Shown here piece after piece: positions 1-12,300 of a stretch of 64,000 nt of DNA (its first letter is position 1; each line of letters begins with the position of its first letter). The notes under the pieces are model-generated. The model was not told the origin of the DNA. It saw nothing but the letters and a program-made list of their open reading frames with translations, and ran no database searches. The position numbers and the translations under genes were made by a program. The stretch covers positions 1 through 64,000 of the forward strand of contig CDMY01000337.1 in NCBI GenBank assembly GCA_001179505.1. Reading direction: 5' to 3'. Origin of the DNA: Vitrella brassicaformis CCMP3155. Taxonomy: Eukaryota > Protista > Chromerida.

Positions 1-801
1 ACAGTAGGTTTACTGCTCGCAGTCGTATTCTCTTCCTTGCACGACAATGCCTTTTCACTGCATCAGCCTTCTTCAATCATCACTTCCCTCACACATTCCC
101 GGTGGTTCGCCGGGTTTTTGCCTCTCGTAACCAGCGTTGCTGCCTCGATCGCGATTGTCTTGTCTGTCTGCCCACATATGTGCCTGCATTCCTGCGTGAT
201 TTTATTCTTGAGTCTGGTCAGGATTGGCTTCATCGTCTAATTCACCCCCTGTCCACTCTCCCATGTTATTTTTCTCTCCCCTCTGCTGAGCGCCGTGTGC
301 TGTTTTCATTCCGCACCGGCACCTATACTTGTACTGTCACAGATGGTCGGCTGACTCATCGGCCTCGTCTCCTACGCTTCTGCCCATTCTGCGCTGCTAC
401 TTGCCCTCCCGCCAGCTGGCCGATGCCGTGGCTTGTGCCGCCTGTTGAGGATCAGTTGCATGTGCTTTTCTATTGCCCGCTCTATAGCTCTCCACGTAGG
501 GAGGTTTTCCGTGTTGTTCGCATGTATGGATTGACTGCACCGGATGGTGTGGTGTATTTTTGGTGGGATCTCGCTCGTTGTGATGCCCTGGTGTTCGCAT
601 GGTCATTGCTTACTTCGCGCTCTCTCCCTGTGCAACGTGCGTTGGCTCAGTTTCTTTTGATGGCCGTGGCTTCTCGCAAGCGCTGGCTTTCTTTGCACCC
701 GTCAGCTTAGTTTTCTCGATATGACAAACGCTTTCATGGACACAGCATCTGCCCTCAGGGGCCGGGACCTCGGTGTCCGTTAACAAACGAACGAACGAAC
801 G
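1..801 (+). mobile_element. 3' end of a non-LTR retrotransposon (LINE), family A: ORF2 C-terminus (frame open from base 3 to stop at 710), short 3'UTR and (AACG)4 tail; 5' part outside the window
   Basis: Intronless ORF has the LINE ORF2 C-terminal signature FRTG...GRLTHRPRLLRFCPFC...EDQLHVLFYCPLY (CCHC knuckle). It is followed about 75 bp later by AACG tandem repeats at 786-801. Clade not resolvable by eye. Confidence 0.8.
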
Positions 802-809
802 CATACGTC

Positions 810-826
810 GCGAGCTTAAGCTCGCA
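810..826. promoter_or_regulatory. Perfect 16-bp palindrome GCGAGCTTAAGCTCGC (810-825) containing TGCGAGCTT on the minus strand (818-826), about 36 bp upstream of the RPL23 ATG
   Basis: Palindrome read directly; same 9-mer recurs upstream of six other genes. Function is inferred. Confidence 0.55.
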
Positions 827-861
827 GGCGCCTTCCCTTTGACAACGCACGTGTGGTCACA

Positions 862-1763
862 ATGAAGCGAGGTAAGTCAAAGTGCGTGAGGAGGAGGAAG
901 CAACAAGGCCATCAGTTGGCTTGGATCTGTGTCCAATTGTGCCAGGACGAGGCGGCAGCGGCGGCGGGAAGCTGAAGGTGACGTACGGTGAGTGACCAAG
1001 CGGCAGAGGACAGCACAACACGCACAGCAGAGGAAAGGTGGCGTGACACCAGCTGACTTACTGTGAAAGACCCTCTTCTCTGTCTGGGTGTGTTCGGCAG
1101 GTTTGAACACCGGCGCTCTGATCAACTGCTGTGACAACAGCGGTGCCAAGAACATCTTCATCTTCGCCGTCCATGTACGGCACCTGACGCGCGCACACAT
1201 CACAGATCTGATCTACCCCACTGCGCCTGTGTGGGTTTGTCTGTCTGGTGTCTGTGTGTCTGCAGGGCAACAAGTCTTGCCTCAATCGGCTGCCTGCCTG
1301 CTCGATCGGCGATATGGTGCTGGGGACGGTCAAGAAGGGCAAGCCTGACCTCAGGTGCGTGCGAGATGACCGAGCTCGTCCGGCTTTGACGGACTGAGCG
1401 TCCATCTGTTGGTTGCGGGGTGCTGTTGTTACGATACAGGAAGAAGGTGTTGCCGGCCATTGTGGTTCGTCAGCGGAAGGCGTGGAGGCGGGCTGAGGGC
1501 ATCTTCATCTACTTCGAAGGTCGGCCGAAGTGGCCACCAATGCCCAATGCCAACACAACGCCGCTCACCAGACACATGTGGTGTGGTGTGTTCTGTTCTG
1601 TTGTGCTATGCTGTGTTGTCTTGTGTTGATCGTTTTAGACAATGCTGGTGTGATAGTGAACCCCAAAGGCGAGATGAAGGGCTCTGCGATCACGGGACCT
1701 GTCGGCAAGGAGTGTGCCGAGCTCTGGCCTAAGATCGCCTCCGCCGCGCCTTCCATCATGTAG
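862..1763 (+). CDS. RPL23: 60S ribosomal protein L23 (uL14), 6 exons (862-871, 946-987, 1101-1174, 1266-1354, 1440-1519, 1639-1763)
   Basis: Spliced product [35 protein letters not shown]...[33 protein letters not shown]...[42 protein letters not shown] is a canonical uL14; all introns GT-AG. Confidence 0.98.
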
Positions 1764-2456
1764 GGGCAGGGCAGAAGACATAGCTGCACAGCAAGACAGG
1801 CAGGCAGGACGCGGCGCTCGCATGCCGCATGTCATGTCATGTGGGCGAGTGAGTGAGCTCTGTCGGTGCTTGCTGATACGCATGGATGGGAGGGCTGGAA
1901 GGATGGATGAGACCTGACATGGATGCTTTTCATTTCAAGTTGTGCGCACCGCACTGAGGCGATAATCTGACCTGCTCGCTCCTGTGAGTCCATCCCGTCG
2001 GTCGACGTGGTGTGGTCCGACATCATCCGCAGCCAGCACCAAGGCGGAGGTTCAGGCCGAGCTGCGAATAGTGTCGGGCCATGCCACAATGACCGTGAGA
2101 GTACTGATGCCTGCCTGCATCAGCCATTCACGGTCAACGAACCCGCCCCCTCGGGACATACACTCAGCATAAAGGTCACGAGTAAGAAAAAAAAGACGAA
2201 AATCACACAGACACAGGTGCACGCAACTCTGTAAAAACCTCATTGTCTGGGCGCCTCTTCCCTCGCCCCCCGTTCCTCCCTCTTACAAATACGTCTGTCT
2301 GCAAATCGGAAAAAAGTGTCTGTTGGTGAGTGGTTGGTGCGACACGCTATCCTATGCACTCATCTCCTCTGCCCGCCCGTCAATAAAAGAACAGCTGGGC
2401 TGCCGACACAAAAGAAGAATGTCCGCACGAGACGACACAGTGGTCGTCCATCCGCA

Positions 2457-3350
2457 TCAGAATACACGTAAACTAAAACTCGACAGTGCTCTCGGCCAGC
2501 ACCATATCAGTCCTGAAACAGAGAAAGAAGGGGACGCCCGTGTGTGTGTGTGTGTGTGTGTGTTGGTGTGTGTTGGTGTGGATATGCTGCTGGTCTGTGC
2601 GCGGATGGACGCGCTTACGTGTTTGTCTTCTTCTTGATGTGAAGTGTCGACGGCCGGTCCAGCTGCGCCTGCCACGGAGCCATCACCGTCAGTCAGAGCC
2701 CTACACATGGCTGCATCCTTCACGCGTTGCTCTGCCTACGTGCGTGAGCGTCCCATCTTTGCCGTTCGCCTTGGGCTGCTCGTGGACCGCGCCAGTGCCG
2801 TTCTTCTCCGCAGATTCCCCAGCACCAACAGCAACTAGAGCAGCAGCAGCAGCAGCAGACTGCTCCCGTGCTGCCCGCTTGCTCACGGGCGGCGGGAGGG
2901 GTTTGTCATCAGGGTTGGGGATGAAACCAAAACCGGCCTTGCGGGAACTGCATGGGGGATGGCGGACACAAAGACCGAGCACAACAGAGCACACAGTCAC
3001 TCACTCTCGCAACGGCCTGCCCGTCCGGCACTCGCTTACAGTTTGTCCTTGAGAGCTGCGATTCGTCCGCTGCTTGACCCCTCCTCCCCATCGCCCTCCG
3101 TCTGGGCCGGTTCTGCAGTGGCGGCAGATGAAGAGGGGTTCTCGTGGCCGTCGGCTTGGGCCGGGCTGCACCCACACAGAGAGAGAGTAGAGGTAGGATC
3201 TGGAGAGGAGCGTCATTCATTCACCCACCTGCCGGTCTCTGGTTTCGGGGTGGTCTTGGGAGGCGGAGGTCCGCCGGGCATCAGCGGCGCTCCGCCGCCT
3301 TGGAACTTCTTCAGAAGCTCAGATACCTTCCCTGCGGGCACGTCGGTCAT
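2457..3350 (-). CDS. Small low-complexity protein of unknown function, multi-exon; 3' end uncertain
   Basis: ATG at 3350 gives MTDVPAGKVSELLKKFQGGGAPLMPGGPPPPK; the next exons (…SSSGRIAALKDKL / SRKAGFGFIPNPDDKPLPPP…) join in frame at GT-AG sites. Downstream exons could not be phased confidently. Confidence 0.5.
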
Positions 3351-3392
3351 CCTTTCCGCTTCTCACCAGAAAGATCCGCTGCCTACCTCCAC

Positions 3393-3401
3393 TGCGAGCT
3401 A
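3393..3401 (+). promoter_or_regulatory. TGCGAGCTA motif in the 86-bp bidirectional spacer between the unknown gene and PUS7
   Basis: Exact match to recurrent TGCGAGCTW; 35 bp upstream of the PUS7 ATG. Confidence 0.5.
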
Positions 3402-3436
3402 GTACGGCTGAGCGATCCCTCTTCCTCTCCCCCGAG

Positions 3437-6306
3437 ATGAGTTCGTTTGGCATTCGTGTGTTCAGGACGGACGCTGGCGCGATGTGCTTGAAAGGCATTG
3501 TAAGGATCCATCCATTCATCGAACAGATCTATCTCACTTCGTTATCCGTCTGTATCTGTGTGAGCAGACGCGGTATGCTGCGACGGACTTCGCCGTGCAG
3601 GAGATCAGCCTCCAGAACGGCACCGCAGCATCGCTTGTCGCCCCACAGGCGAGTGCGAATAGGGATCTCTCTGCCCAGCCTCAAAAGCAGGATGCTGACA
3701 AATCGGCGTGGTATCTTGGGTGCCTCTACAAGGAGAATTTGTCATCGTCGAGAGCTGTCGAGCTGCTGTGGAATACACTGCGGCAATTCAGCTCCAAGAA
3801 GGAAGCTGGAGCTGCCGTGCAGTTCGCAGGTGAGCTGCACGGTCCGTGAGGCTGCCTGCAGTGTGGATGAGTGTGCCCGCATCATCTCATCTGCGTGTTG
3901 GCTGTCAGGTCACAAGGACAGACGAGCTATCACGTGTAAGCACACACACGCAGACACACACTCACCGCAACTTGGCAGAGGTATGTATGTCTGGGCCCGA
4001 GGTGCAGGTCAGCACGTGAGGTTGGCGAGTCGCGACATTGTCCCGCCTTCCATCCGCAAGCAGCGGCTCAGCCGACTCAACAAGACACTCGCCACACAGG
4101 TCGCCACACACGAGAGCCAGCTACGGAACCATGACCCATTTGGCTGTCGGCCTGTGTCAGGGGAGCCGCATTGAGCTGGGTCCGCTTCAGAGGGTTCCTG
4201 CGAGTTTTCGGCTGCGCAAGGGGGAGATCGCCGGCAACAGATTCCACGTTAGTGAACAAGTAGTGGGGCATCCGTGGGATGATAGAGATGTCCGTCTGTA
4301 TCCTGGTCAGATCCTCATCCGTGGAGTGGAAAGTGACTCGGAGAGCGACATGTCCACAGCTGCAATCGCTGAGAGGCTTGTGGAGCAGCTCATGGAGCGC
4401 GGCTTTGTCAACTACTATGGTGGGTTCGTGCCTGTCTTGTGGACATGTATCCTTCAGCGATTCATCTTCACGTTCTATCTGCTCTGCGCTTAGGCGAGCA
4501 GCGCTTCGGCGGTGGTGTGAGGAACGGCGCCGCGATGGGCTTGTGCCTGCTCAAAGGCCAGTGGCGCACTTCAGCTGACCTTCTCATGCAGTCATACGCA
4601 CAGGACGGCACAGACAGGTGAAAACGGAAATCGAGCGGATACTGTGACCGCCCCTATATATCCACGCGCATGTGTTGGCTGTGCCTCTCAGTTCCATGGC
4701 TCAGGCGCTGGCTGCCTACCAGTCGCGAGACTACCTCGCAGCTGTCAAGGCCATTCCCGAGGGCTTTGCGCCACAACGGTCCCTCTGCATGCACCTCATG
4801 CAGCGACCTGGCGACTTCAGGTCAGTCAGGTGGGGAAAGGAAAAGCCTCACTCACGGGAAGAGACCGACTTGGCACACCTACCTGACGGCATGCATGCTG
4901 GCTGGGGTTTCATTCATGTCAGGGGTGCTTGGATGAGGCTGCCCGCACGGTTTAGATCACTCACGGTACGGTGTGCCGTTTTCTGCACTCACGGGCCGGC
5001 CTTGATGGCATGGCATGGATTGATAGACAGACCCATGTATGGGTGTGGTGCGGTGCCGTGCGTGCAGCTGGACTCCTATGCGAGCCTCGTGTGGAACAGG
5101 GTGGCGTCTCACAGGCTGGACGAGATGGGTCAGGAGGCAGTGGAAGGCGACCTGGTACGGTGGGTGCGGGCGCAAACAGCAATAAGCCGATCCACACATC
5201 CATGGCCATCTTGCCCGCCCCTCTGGGTGCGTCTCTGTGTGTGTGTGTGTGGGGGGGGGGGGGGGGNNNNNNNNNNNNNNNNNNNNNNNNNNNNNNNNNN
5301 NNNNNNNNNNNNNNNNNNNNNNNNNNNNNNNNNNNNNNNNNNNNNNNNNNNNNNNNNNNNNNNNNNNNNNNNNNNNNNNNNNNNNNNNNNNNNNNNNNNN
5401 NNNNNNNNNNNNNNNNNNNNNNNNNNNNNNNNNNNNNNNNNNNNNNNNNNNNNNNNNNNNNNNNNNNNNNNNNNNNNNNNNNNNNNNNNNNNNNNNNNNN
5501 NNNNNNNNNNNNNNNNNNNNNNNNNNNNNNNNNNNNNNNNNNNNNNNNNNNNNNNNNNNNNNNNNNGGGGGGGGGGGGCAAACATCTCTCAGGTGTATGA
5601 CGCCCACCCCTCGGCACACCTCAGCATGCCTTGTTCGTCGGTCCGGCGGCTGACGCGTCAAGAAGCAGCTGCTGCCCCTGTGGACCGTCTGGTGGACGTG
5701 GTGCTGTCCCTTCCCTCGCCCAACGTCACCCTTCCAGCCAACCGAACAGCAGACTTCTACAGGTCGACTTTGGCAGAGGATGGTGTCTCCCTGGCCGCCT
5801 TTGGTGTCCGCGGGACCGATGCGTCGTACCGGCCGCTGCTGGTCCGCCCGAGTGACATGAAGATGGAGCACATCGGCACGTATGACGATGGTTTTGGCAC
5901 AGCATCGTTCCACCTGTCAGAGGCCGGACGAGGCCTTTATGATGCACTACAAGCAAGACTTGTGGAGGCTGGTGTCGACAAGGGGAGCTTTCTGCCTGCC
6001 TGTGGGGGTAGTGGGGGTGGGGGTGACGATGGGGCTCCCCTTCCAGAGCCCGTTGCCGAGCGGTTTCTGGCAGTTATGCAGCGGATCACCATGTGCAGTG
6101 TGCAGAGCGGTGTGTATCTATCTCAGAGATTGAGGTGGACACAGGGACGGTCAGATGGCGAGGGAGATGGCCATGGGGCAGCAGGCAGTGAGCGGCAGGT
6201 GCCGGCTGGTGATGTGTATAGGGTGTCGTTTAGTCTGCCTGCCGGTGCGTATGCGACTGTGCTGCTCCGGGAGCTGTGGAAAGGGACACACCGATCGTTC
6301 AGCTGA
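3437..6306 (+). CDS. PUS7: TruD/PUS7-family pseudouridine synthase, multi-exon, spans an assembly gap
   Basis: Motifs TDFAVQEI, LYKEN, FAG|HKDRRAIT (catalytic Asp), GNRF, GFVNYYG|EQRFG, SYASLVWNRVAS, DVVLSLP, YRPLLVRP and FSLPAGAYATVLLREL. Confidence 0.92.
5267..5566. other. Assembly gap (300 N) flanked by poly-G runs, inside a PUS7 intron
   Basis: Run of N with G16 on the left and G12 on the right. Confidence 0.99.
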
Positions 6307-6493
6307 CTCGTCGACTCATGGATTGACTGACGCCCTAAATGTCTGACTGTCCGTCCACACACACAACGCACACAGCACACACAGTTCTTCAACCAACTAC
6401 AGCACCTACCTTACCCACACGCCCATAGATGCACTCAGTGCACACAACCAGCCACACTAGCATTCTCCCCCCTCCCCTCCCCTCTCCCCTCTC

Positions 6494-8807
6494 TCACACT
6501 GTCTTGAGCTTGTTATTGCTCAAGTGGGCTGCCTGTGTTTGCCTCTGCCTGTGTGACCGATAGAGGCCAATGCCCGCATACACCAGCCGCTGGAGGAACA
6601 GAGACCATACACCACCAATCCACAACAACCTGCACACACATCACAGCAAATGTCAAGATGGACACACACCCTGCCCCTCCCCCTCTCCCTGTCGAGCGCA
6701 GGCAGACTGACCTACCTGATCCCAGCCCCCGGCAGCCGTGCGATGTGCCTGATGATCCCCGCACTGGCCAAGGTTGCCAAGAGCATGCTGCCCCCAAGCC
6801 ACTTGAACCGTCCCATACCCACCAAACTGCCCTCGAACACCAGCACCAGCCAGGTGAGCGGCTCCAGGAGAGCCACGACGGGGATGAGGGACAAGAGGCG
6901 CCCACGGACTGCTGCATCAGACCCGAACCAGCTCGGGATTGAGGGCCGCAGAGCGAAGAGGAGGCCGCTGAGGAGGCAGCTGCATGCCGCTGCTATCTTG
7001 AGACACTGTTTCAGCACTTGACCGATCTGCTTGGGCTGCTTGGCGCCACTATAGCGACCGATCAACACCTGAGAGACCGAAGAGCAGTCACACAGAGCGT
7101 CGAGTCTTGGGAGGAACAGGTGCTTGGAGGCCAGCCAGTGAATATATGGGATCTCGTGCCGTGCTGTGTGTGACTGACCTGTGTTGAGACGGCGATTGCC
7201 TCTCCACCCATGGCAAAGATGAGAAACAGCTGCAGTATTGCATTGTGAGCTACACAAATATGTGCACAAACAGCAGTAAACAGCCGAATGAATCCATCCG
7301 GCCGCGGCGCGGTGTCTGGTGAGTACACCATCCATACCAGCCACGTGGACGACGCCCATCTTGGTGGCCGACGCAGTGATGGTGGCCCAGCACACCAGCA
7401 GAGAGAAACTCCGGACAAGCATCGCACTCGAGGCCGACAAATACCTACGCAGCGTCGTCACGGCGGACGACAAACCTGCACTCACACACACATGCGGTCA
7501 GTGTACTACTATGGAACGCAGAAATCAGGCAGGCATGCATGGTGGGCAGGGACTGACATCTCACCCACCCACCTTGAAGTGAGGGGACCTTGAGGCGCAT
7601 CGATTCACGCCGACGGTAGAACAGAACGGCATAAGTGAGAGCGGCAGCGTATTGGGCGACGGCTGTGGCGGCAGCTGCCCCAGCAGTGCCCCATTGGCAA
7701 GAGAATATCATGATGGGATCAAGGATCAGGTTCACGACAGCTGCCAACAGGGAGGCGAAAAGGGGCGTTTTGGTGTCACCAAAACCACGGAAGGCTCCCT
7801 GTGGGTGAATGGGTGGGCACAAGGTCATCATGGATGGATCTGTCTGTCTGTCTGTCTGTCTGTCTGCATCAGCCCAGCCTGTGTATGGCTGACTAACCTC
7901 AGCAACTTGTGTGAAGACCACTGAAGGGGCTGCCCACGCTCGAGCCTTCAGATAAGCCCGTGCATCGAGTGCCAGCGGGTCAACGCCGACCGCACCCACT
8001 CCCATGCAGCCTAGGATCGGCCCACACAGCAGCTGCAGCGCTGCCGCGATGATGACTCCCATCCCGACAGCGAGAAATGAAGACTGCACGACCAGTTCGC
8101 CGGCTCGGTCGTTGTCTCTCGCGCCCAGTGCACGAGCAACGAGCGATGTGGTTGACTGCATGAGTGCCCTGAAGATCCCGAAGCTGACGTGAAAGATAGA
8201 GATACACGGCCCCAAAGCGGCCAAAGAAGTCGCACCGAGCCCTCGCCCCACATAAATGTTGTCAATGGTTGAAAGAGCCTGAACCGAACCCACACACAAG
8301 TGAAGTAGCGAGCGACACACACATGACATGGCATGACGCCACTCACTCCCCCCATGGCATGGAACGAGTCTCCCACCTTGATTACCTCCCTCCAACCCCC
8401 TTACTTACCGGATCAACCAGATTTCCCAACAGGGCAGGCACAGACAAGTCACGAATGGTCTTCTGCAGATGGCTGACGGAGCTGTTGTCCTCTGCACCAC
8501 CATCATGATCTTGTTCAATGCTGACTGGGACCTTGGTCGTGCTCTCGACAAGGGACGGCATGGTGGCGGCATCACCTTCTGAATCACTGCCAACAGGATC
8601 TGCCTGTGCCTCTGCTATGGCGACGCCTGGCCCATTTGCTTCCGCATACAGGCCGGTCTTCGGTCTTGCTGCTGCTGGTCTGATGAGCGGGGCAGCCTGG
8701 ATGACGAACGCTGCCGAGGTCGGTGCATCCTTCGCTCCTGAGCACAATACAAGATGTAGCAGCACACTGGCTGCCGAGTGCAGGATTCGAATCCCTGGGC
8801 CATCCAT
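6494..8807 (-). CDS. MATE (DinF-like) family transporter with an N-terminal extension resembling a bipartite plastid-targeting leader
   Basis: DLSVPALLGNLVDP…LSTIDNIYVGRGLGATSLAALGP…GAFRGFGDTKTPLFASLLAAVVNLILDPIMIF…WGTAGAAAATAVAQY, followed by a second repeat half. N-terminus is hydrophobic (ILHSAASVLLHLVLCSGA) then SAAFVIQAAPLIRP. Start codon assignment is tentative. Confidence 0.88.
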
Positions 8808-8844
8808 TGCGGGCAGCGGCACCTGCGAGATCAGATTGCGTCGA

Positions 8845-8853
8845 TGCGAGCTT
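8845..8853 (+). promoter_or_regulatory. TGCGAGCTT motif 38 bp upstream of the predicted MATE ATG
   Basis: Exact match to recurrent TGCGAGCTW. Confidence 0.45.
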
Positions 8854-9325
8854 CCCATTTTCTCGGGCTCCCTTTCGTCGCACTTTTGCGCATTATAGGG
8901 CTCCTGTGAGGCGCTGTACCGATTCTCAGTGGTCTCCACCCATCCCGCCTGTCTCACCGGCTGTCCCAGCCCAGCTACTCTCAGCCCACGCCCACCGTAT
9001 CAATCAGCACTTGCTTGTTCCCCCGTTCACTTCGTCCTGGCCCACTTCGAGGGTGCTGACTCGTCTGTCATCCCGTCGGTCGGACGTTTCTGTTCGGCTG
9101 AGTGTAGCCTCAGGAAGGAATGCAGTGGCAGTGGCAGTGAGCTGTGCATGTAAGCAGTGATGAGACACATCGGCTTTTCAAGACATACGCGACGCACCCG
9201 GTGAGACCCCAGACGACTGTCGGCCCTGCAGGCCATACGTGCGAGAGTTGTTGGCGCGAGAGCCGGGAAGTGTTGTGTCTATCTATCTATCTTATCTATT
9301 CTAAGCAAGGCTGTCCAGCACAGCA

Positions 9326-12300
9326 ATGGACACACAGAACGGTACGCAACTCACGACAGACACCGACAGACACACAGGAGCGTCCTGTTGTATGTGTCAT
9401 GCATGTTGTGGATCTGATCGTGTCCTTACTTGCAGTCAGTACGAAGGCCGAGAGCGAGGTTGCCGGTCAGCCTGTGTGCCTGGGAGTGACGGGTGGCAAA
9501 GTGGGTGATGGTGAGGTGGACGACCACGGCCTCCCGACCAAGGAAGGCCACACCCACGACTCATCCGCACCCGGCAGCAACGCGTCCGCAGACCAAGATA
9601 CACCGAACACAGCAGGTGCGGTCGGTGCGCACTCATTCATTCATCTAACTAACCATCCGTATGTGGACTGACTCCTGATGAGATGACACTCACCATCACT
9701 CTGCCCGTGCTCTGCGTCAGGTGTGGTCACGTGTGGCGACGGCAGCGGCCAGAAGGCAGACGTCGGTGAACCTATCAAGGCCAGCACCACTGGCGGCGGG
9801 GTGGGGGCAGACGGAGCGAGGCTGAGGGGCAAGGAGGACGGCAAAGGAGGCGGCAAGGACGGCAAGGAGGCGGCGAAAGCACCGGACGCGCCAAAGACTC
9901 TCGATACGGACGCAACAATACAGGTAGTACCCACATCAGATCTGGAGAGCTCGCTGCACACGTATGCGTTGCGTATGCCCCTCCCTCTGTGTGGGTGGGT
10001 GTTAGGCTGGCGTTGTCAAGGCAACCAAGGGTGCTGTAGACAGCTGGGAGGACATGGTGGACGACTCCCAAGAACACACCAAGTAAGCAGAGCATAGCAC
10101 AGCACAGCGTGCCGCCAGATCACCTTCACCAACCTCCTCTCTCCCTCCTTGCCGCAGCATTGTCCTGCCGGAGAAGCATTCGGTGCTTCGCCACGACCCC
10201 GAGGAGCCGACGGCGCACACGGCCCCCTCGTCGGCCAAGCAGTCTCACTCCTCACACGAGATGGCCGGCAGCTGCGGACACGACGAAGACGACGACACAT
10301 GGGACGCACCGCCTGTCAAGAGCGTCTCACAGAAGATGATGGCCAAGATACAGGAGGAGCAGGGCGGCCAAGAGAAACACGAACAGGGGGACGCTGAGCA
10401 GGTAGCGTACCTGACAGCGAAAGGGGGTGGGGAGAAAAGAACCACGACTGACGAATGAATGGGTCTCTCTCTTTCTGTCGGGTGGTGCAGTCGTCATGGG
10501 AGGTGGTCCAGTCCCGCAAGCGCCGCGGCCGCGGCAGCAAGAACGCCCCGATCCAGGACACAGACTCACACCCGGTCCCCCCGCCTCCCCCACCCACACA
10601 CCATCCAGACACCCACACCCACACCATCACGCAGGACCAGGGTGGGGGCACGGGTCTCGTCGAGGCCCTCGCCGCCCTGCTGGCAAAGACTGAGAGCGAG
10701 GAGGACGCCCGCCAGCAGCACCGCGGCAAGCATCACGGTGTGTCGTCTGGCGGTGGGGGTGGTGTTGGTGCGTCGTTGGGTGGGCGGAAGCAGCTGGGTG
10801 GCGCGGCTCCCCCGCCGCCATTGCTCAAGAGCGGCATGCGACTCGCGCCTGGCGGCAGAGGGGCCAAGACACCCAAAAACCGTACCTCCGATGCAGACAG
10901 ACAGACAGACAGAGAGACTCATCGATAGACGGATGGGTGCTCCTTCCTGGCTGGTTTGTGTTGTCTGTCTGGCAGAGGTGAACGGTGTGGACCCCCATGA
11001 CGACCACCAAATTACCCCGACCCGTAAGAACCAGCTGGTCAAGCGTGGCGCGACCGAGGGCTTCTTCAACGTCAAACTGTCGACCGTCCCGCACACCGAC
11101 TCGCAGAGCACCGAGGGCGGGCCGTCCGACTGGTCGGTGTCGCTGTCGTCCAACCAGGGCACCATCGCCGTCCACGAGGGCGAGGCGCTCATCCAGACCC
11201 AGTGCTTCGACATACTCAGGACGGGCGACGGATCCAAGACGACCGAGAAGCAACACGACACAGGTGCGAAGTGAGCACGACGACACGCACCAAATACTTA
11301 CTGGGGCGCTGGCTGATGGGGCGTGGCGTGTTGGTCGGTCTGTATTGTGTGACGTGACGCAGGTGGTGCCCAGGTGACGGCGGGGGGCGAGGCTGACGAC
11401 GGATGGGAGGGCGAGCCGGAGGGCCTGGGGACGACTGCACACACACAGAGTGAGGAGAAACCGGCCAAGACGCCGTCCAAGGTACACACCTACAGACGAG
11501 CACATGACACTTCACACACTCACTGATCTGGTCGTCAGTCAATGCATTGCATGCACATCGTCTTCGTTCTTTCTTCCCATATATCAGTCCCTCTCGTCCG
11601 TCCTGCTCAAGGGCCACACACAGGGCCGCCAAGACACCACCACACAAGAGGAGGAAGACAAGGCCCGCCACCCCGACTGGCGCGTCAGCAAGGGCCCCGA
11701 CCGCTGGGACAACCAGAGCAACTCTCCTAGTGGCCGAGATGGCGCCAGGCGCACCGCAGCTGGCGGGGCCGCCAGCACGGGCGCAGGAGGTGGGACCGCA
11801 CGGTCGCGAGCAGATATGGATGACAACTGGCGCCGAAAGGACTCACGAGACGACAAGTAAGTGACGGAGCTACCTGATACGGTTGGTTCTTTGTAGGCCA
11901 ATCATGGGGGGGTGTCATGTGTCATGAATGCAGTGAGGTTGAGGCGGCCCCCTGGCGTCGCCCAGGCGGGATGGGCAGCGGCATCATGCGTGAGAGCAGA
12001 CGTGACGACCGAGACCGCTCCCTCCACCGTGACAGCTTCCAGGCCTACACCAACACTCACACCAACGACCAACACGACAGCATCGACATAGACAGACAGG
12101 AGGCGGACCTGCTCATGGACCGCGACACCCGCACCACCCGCGAGAGGCAGCGCGAGAAGGAGGGCTCTTTCCGGGACCCCACTGCTCGTCCCATCGGCCG
12201 CAGCCGCACCGTCGTGTCCGGAGGCGGCAAGCCACTGGTCGCTGTGAGGGGCATGCGCGACGATGGCGGACGGGAGGCACCGCGGGACGAGGGCGACCGT

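Noticed and set aside
4957-5913. Long ORFs running through N blocks (also near 23.0-23.9 kb and 42.0-42.8 kb)
   Set aside because: Artefacts of translating 300-N placeholders; no stop can be called within N.
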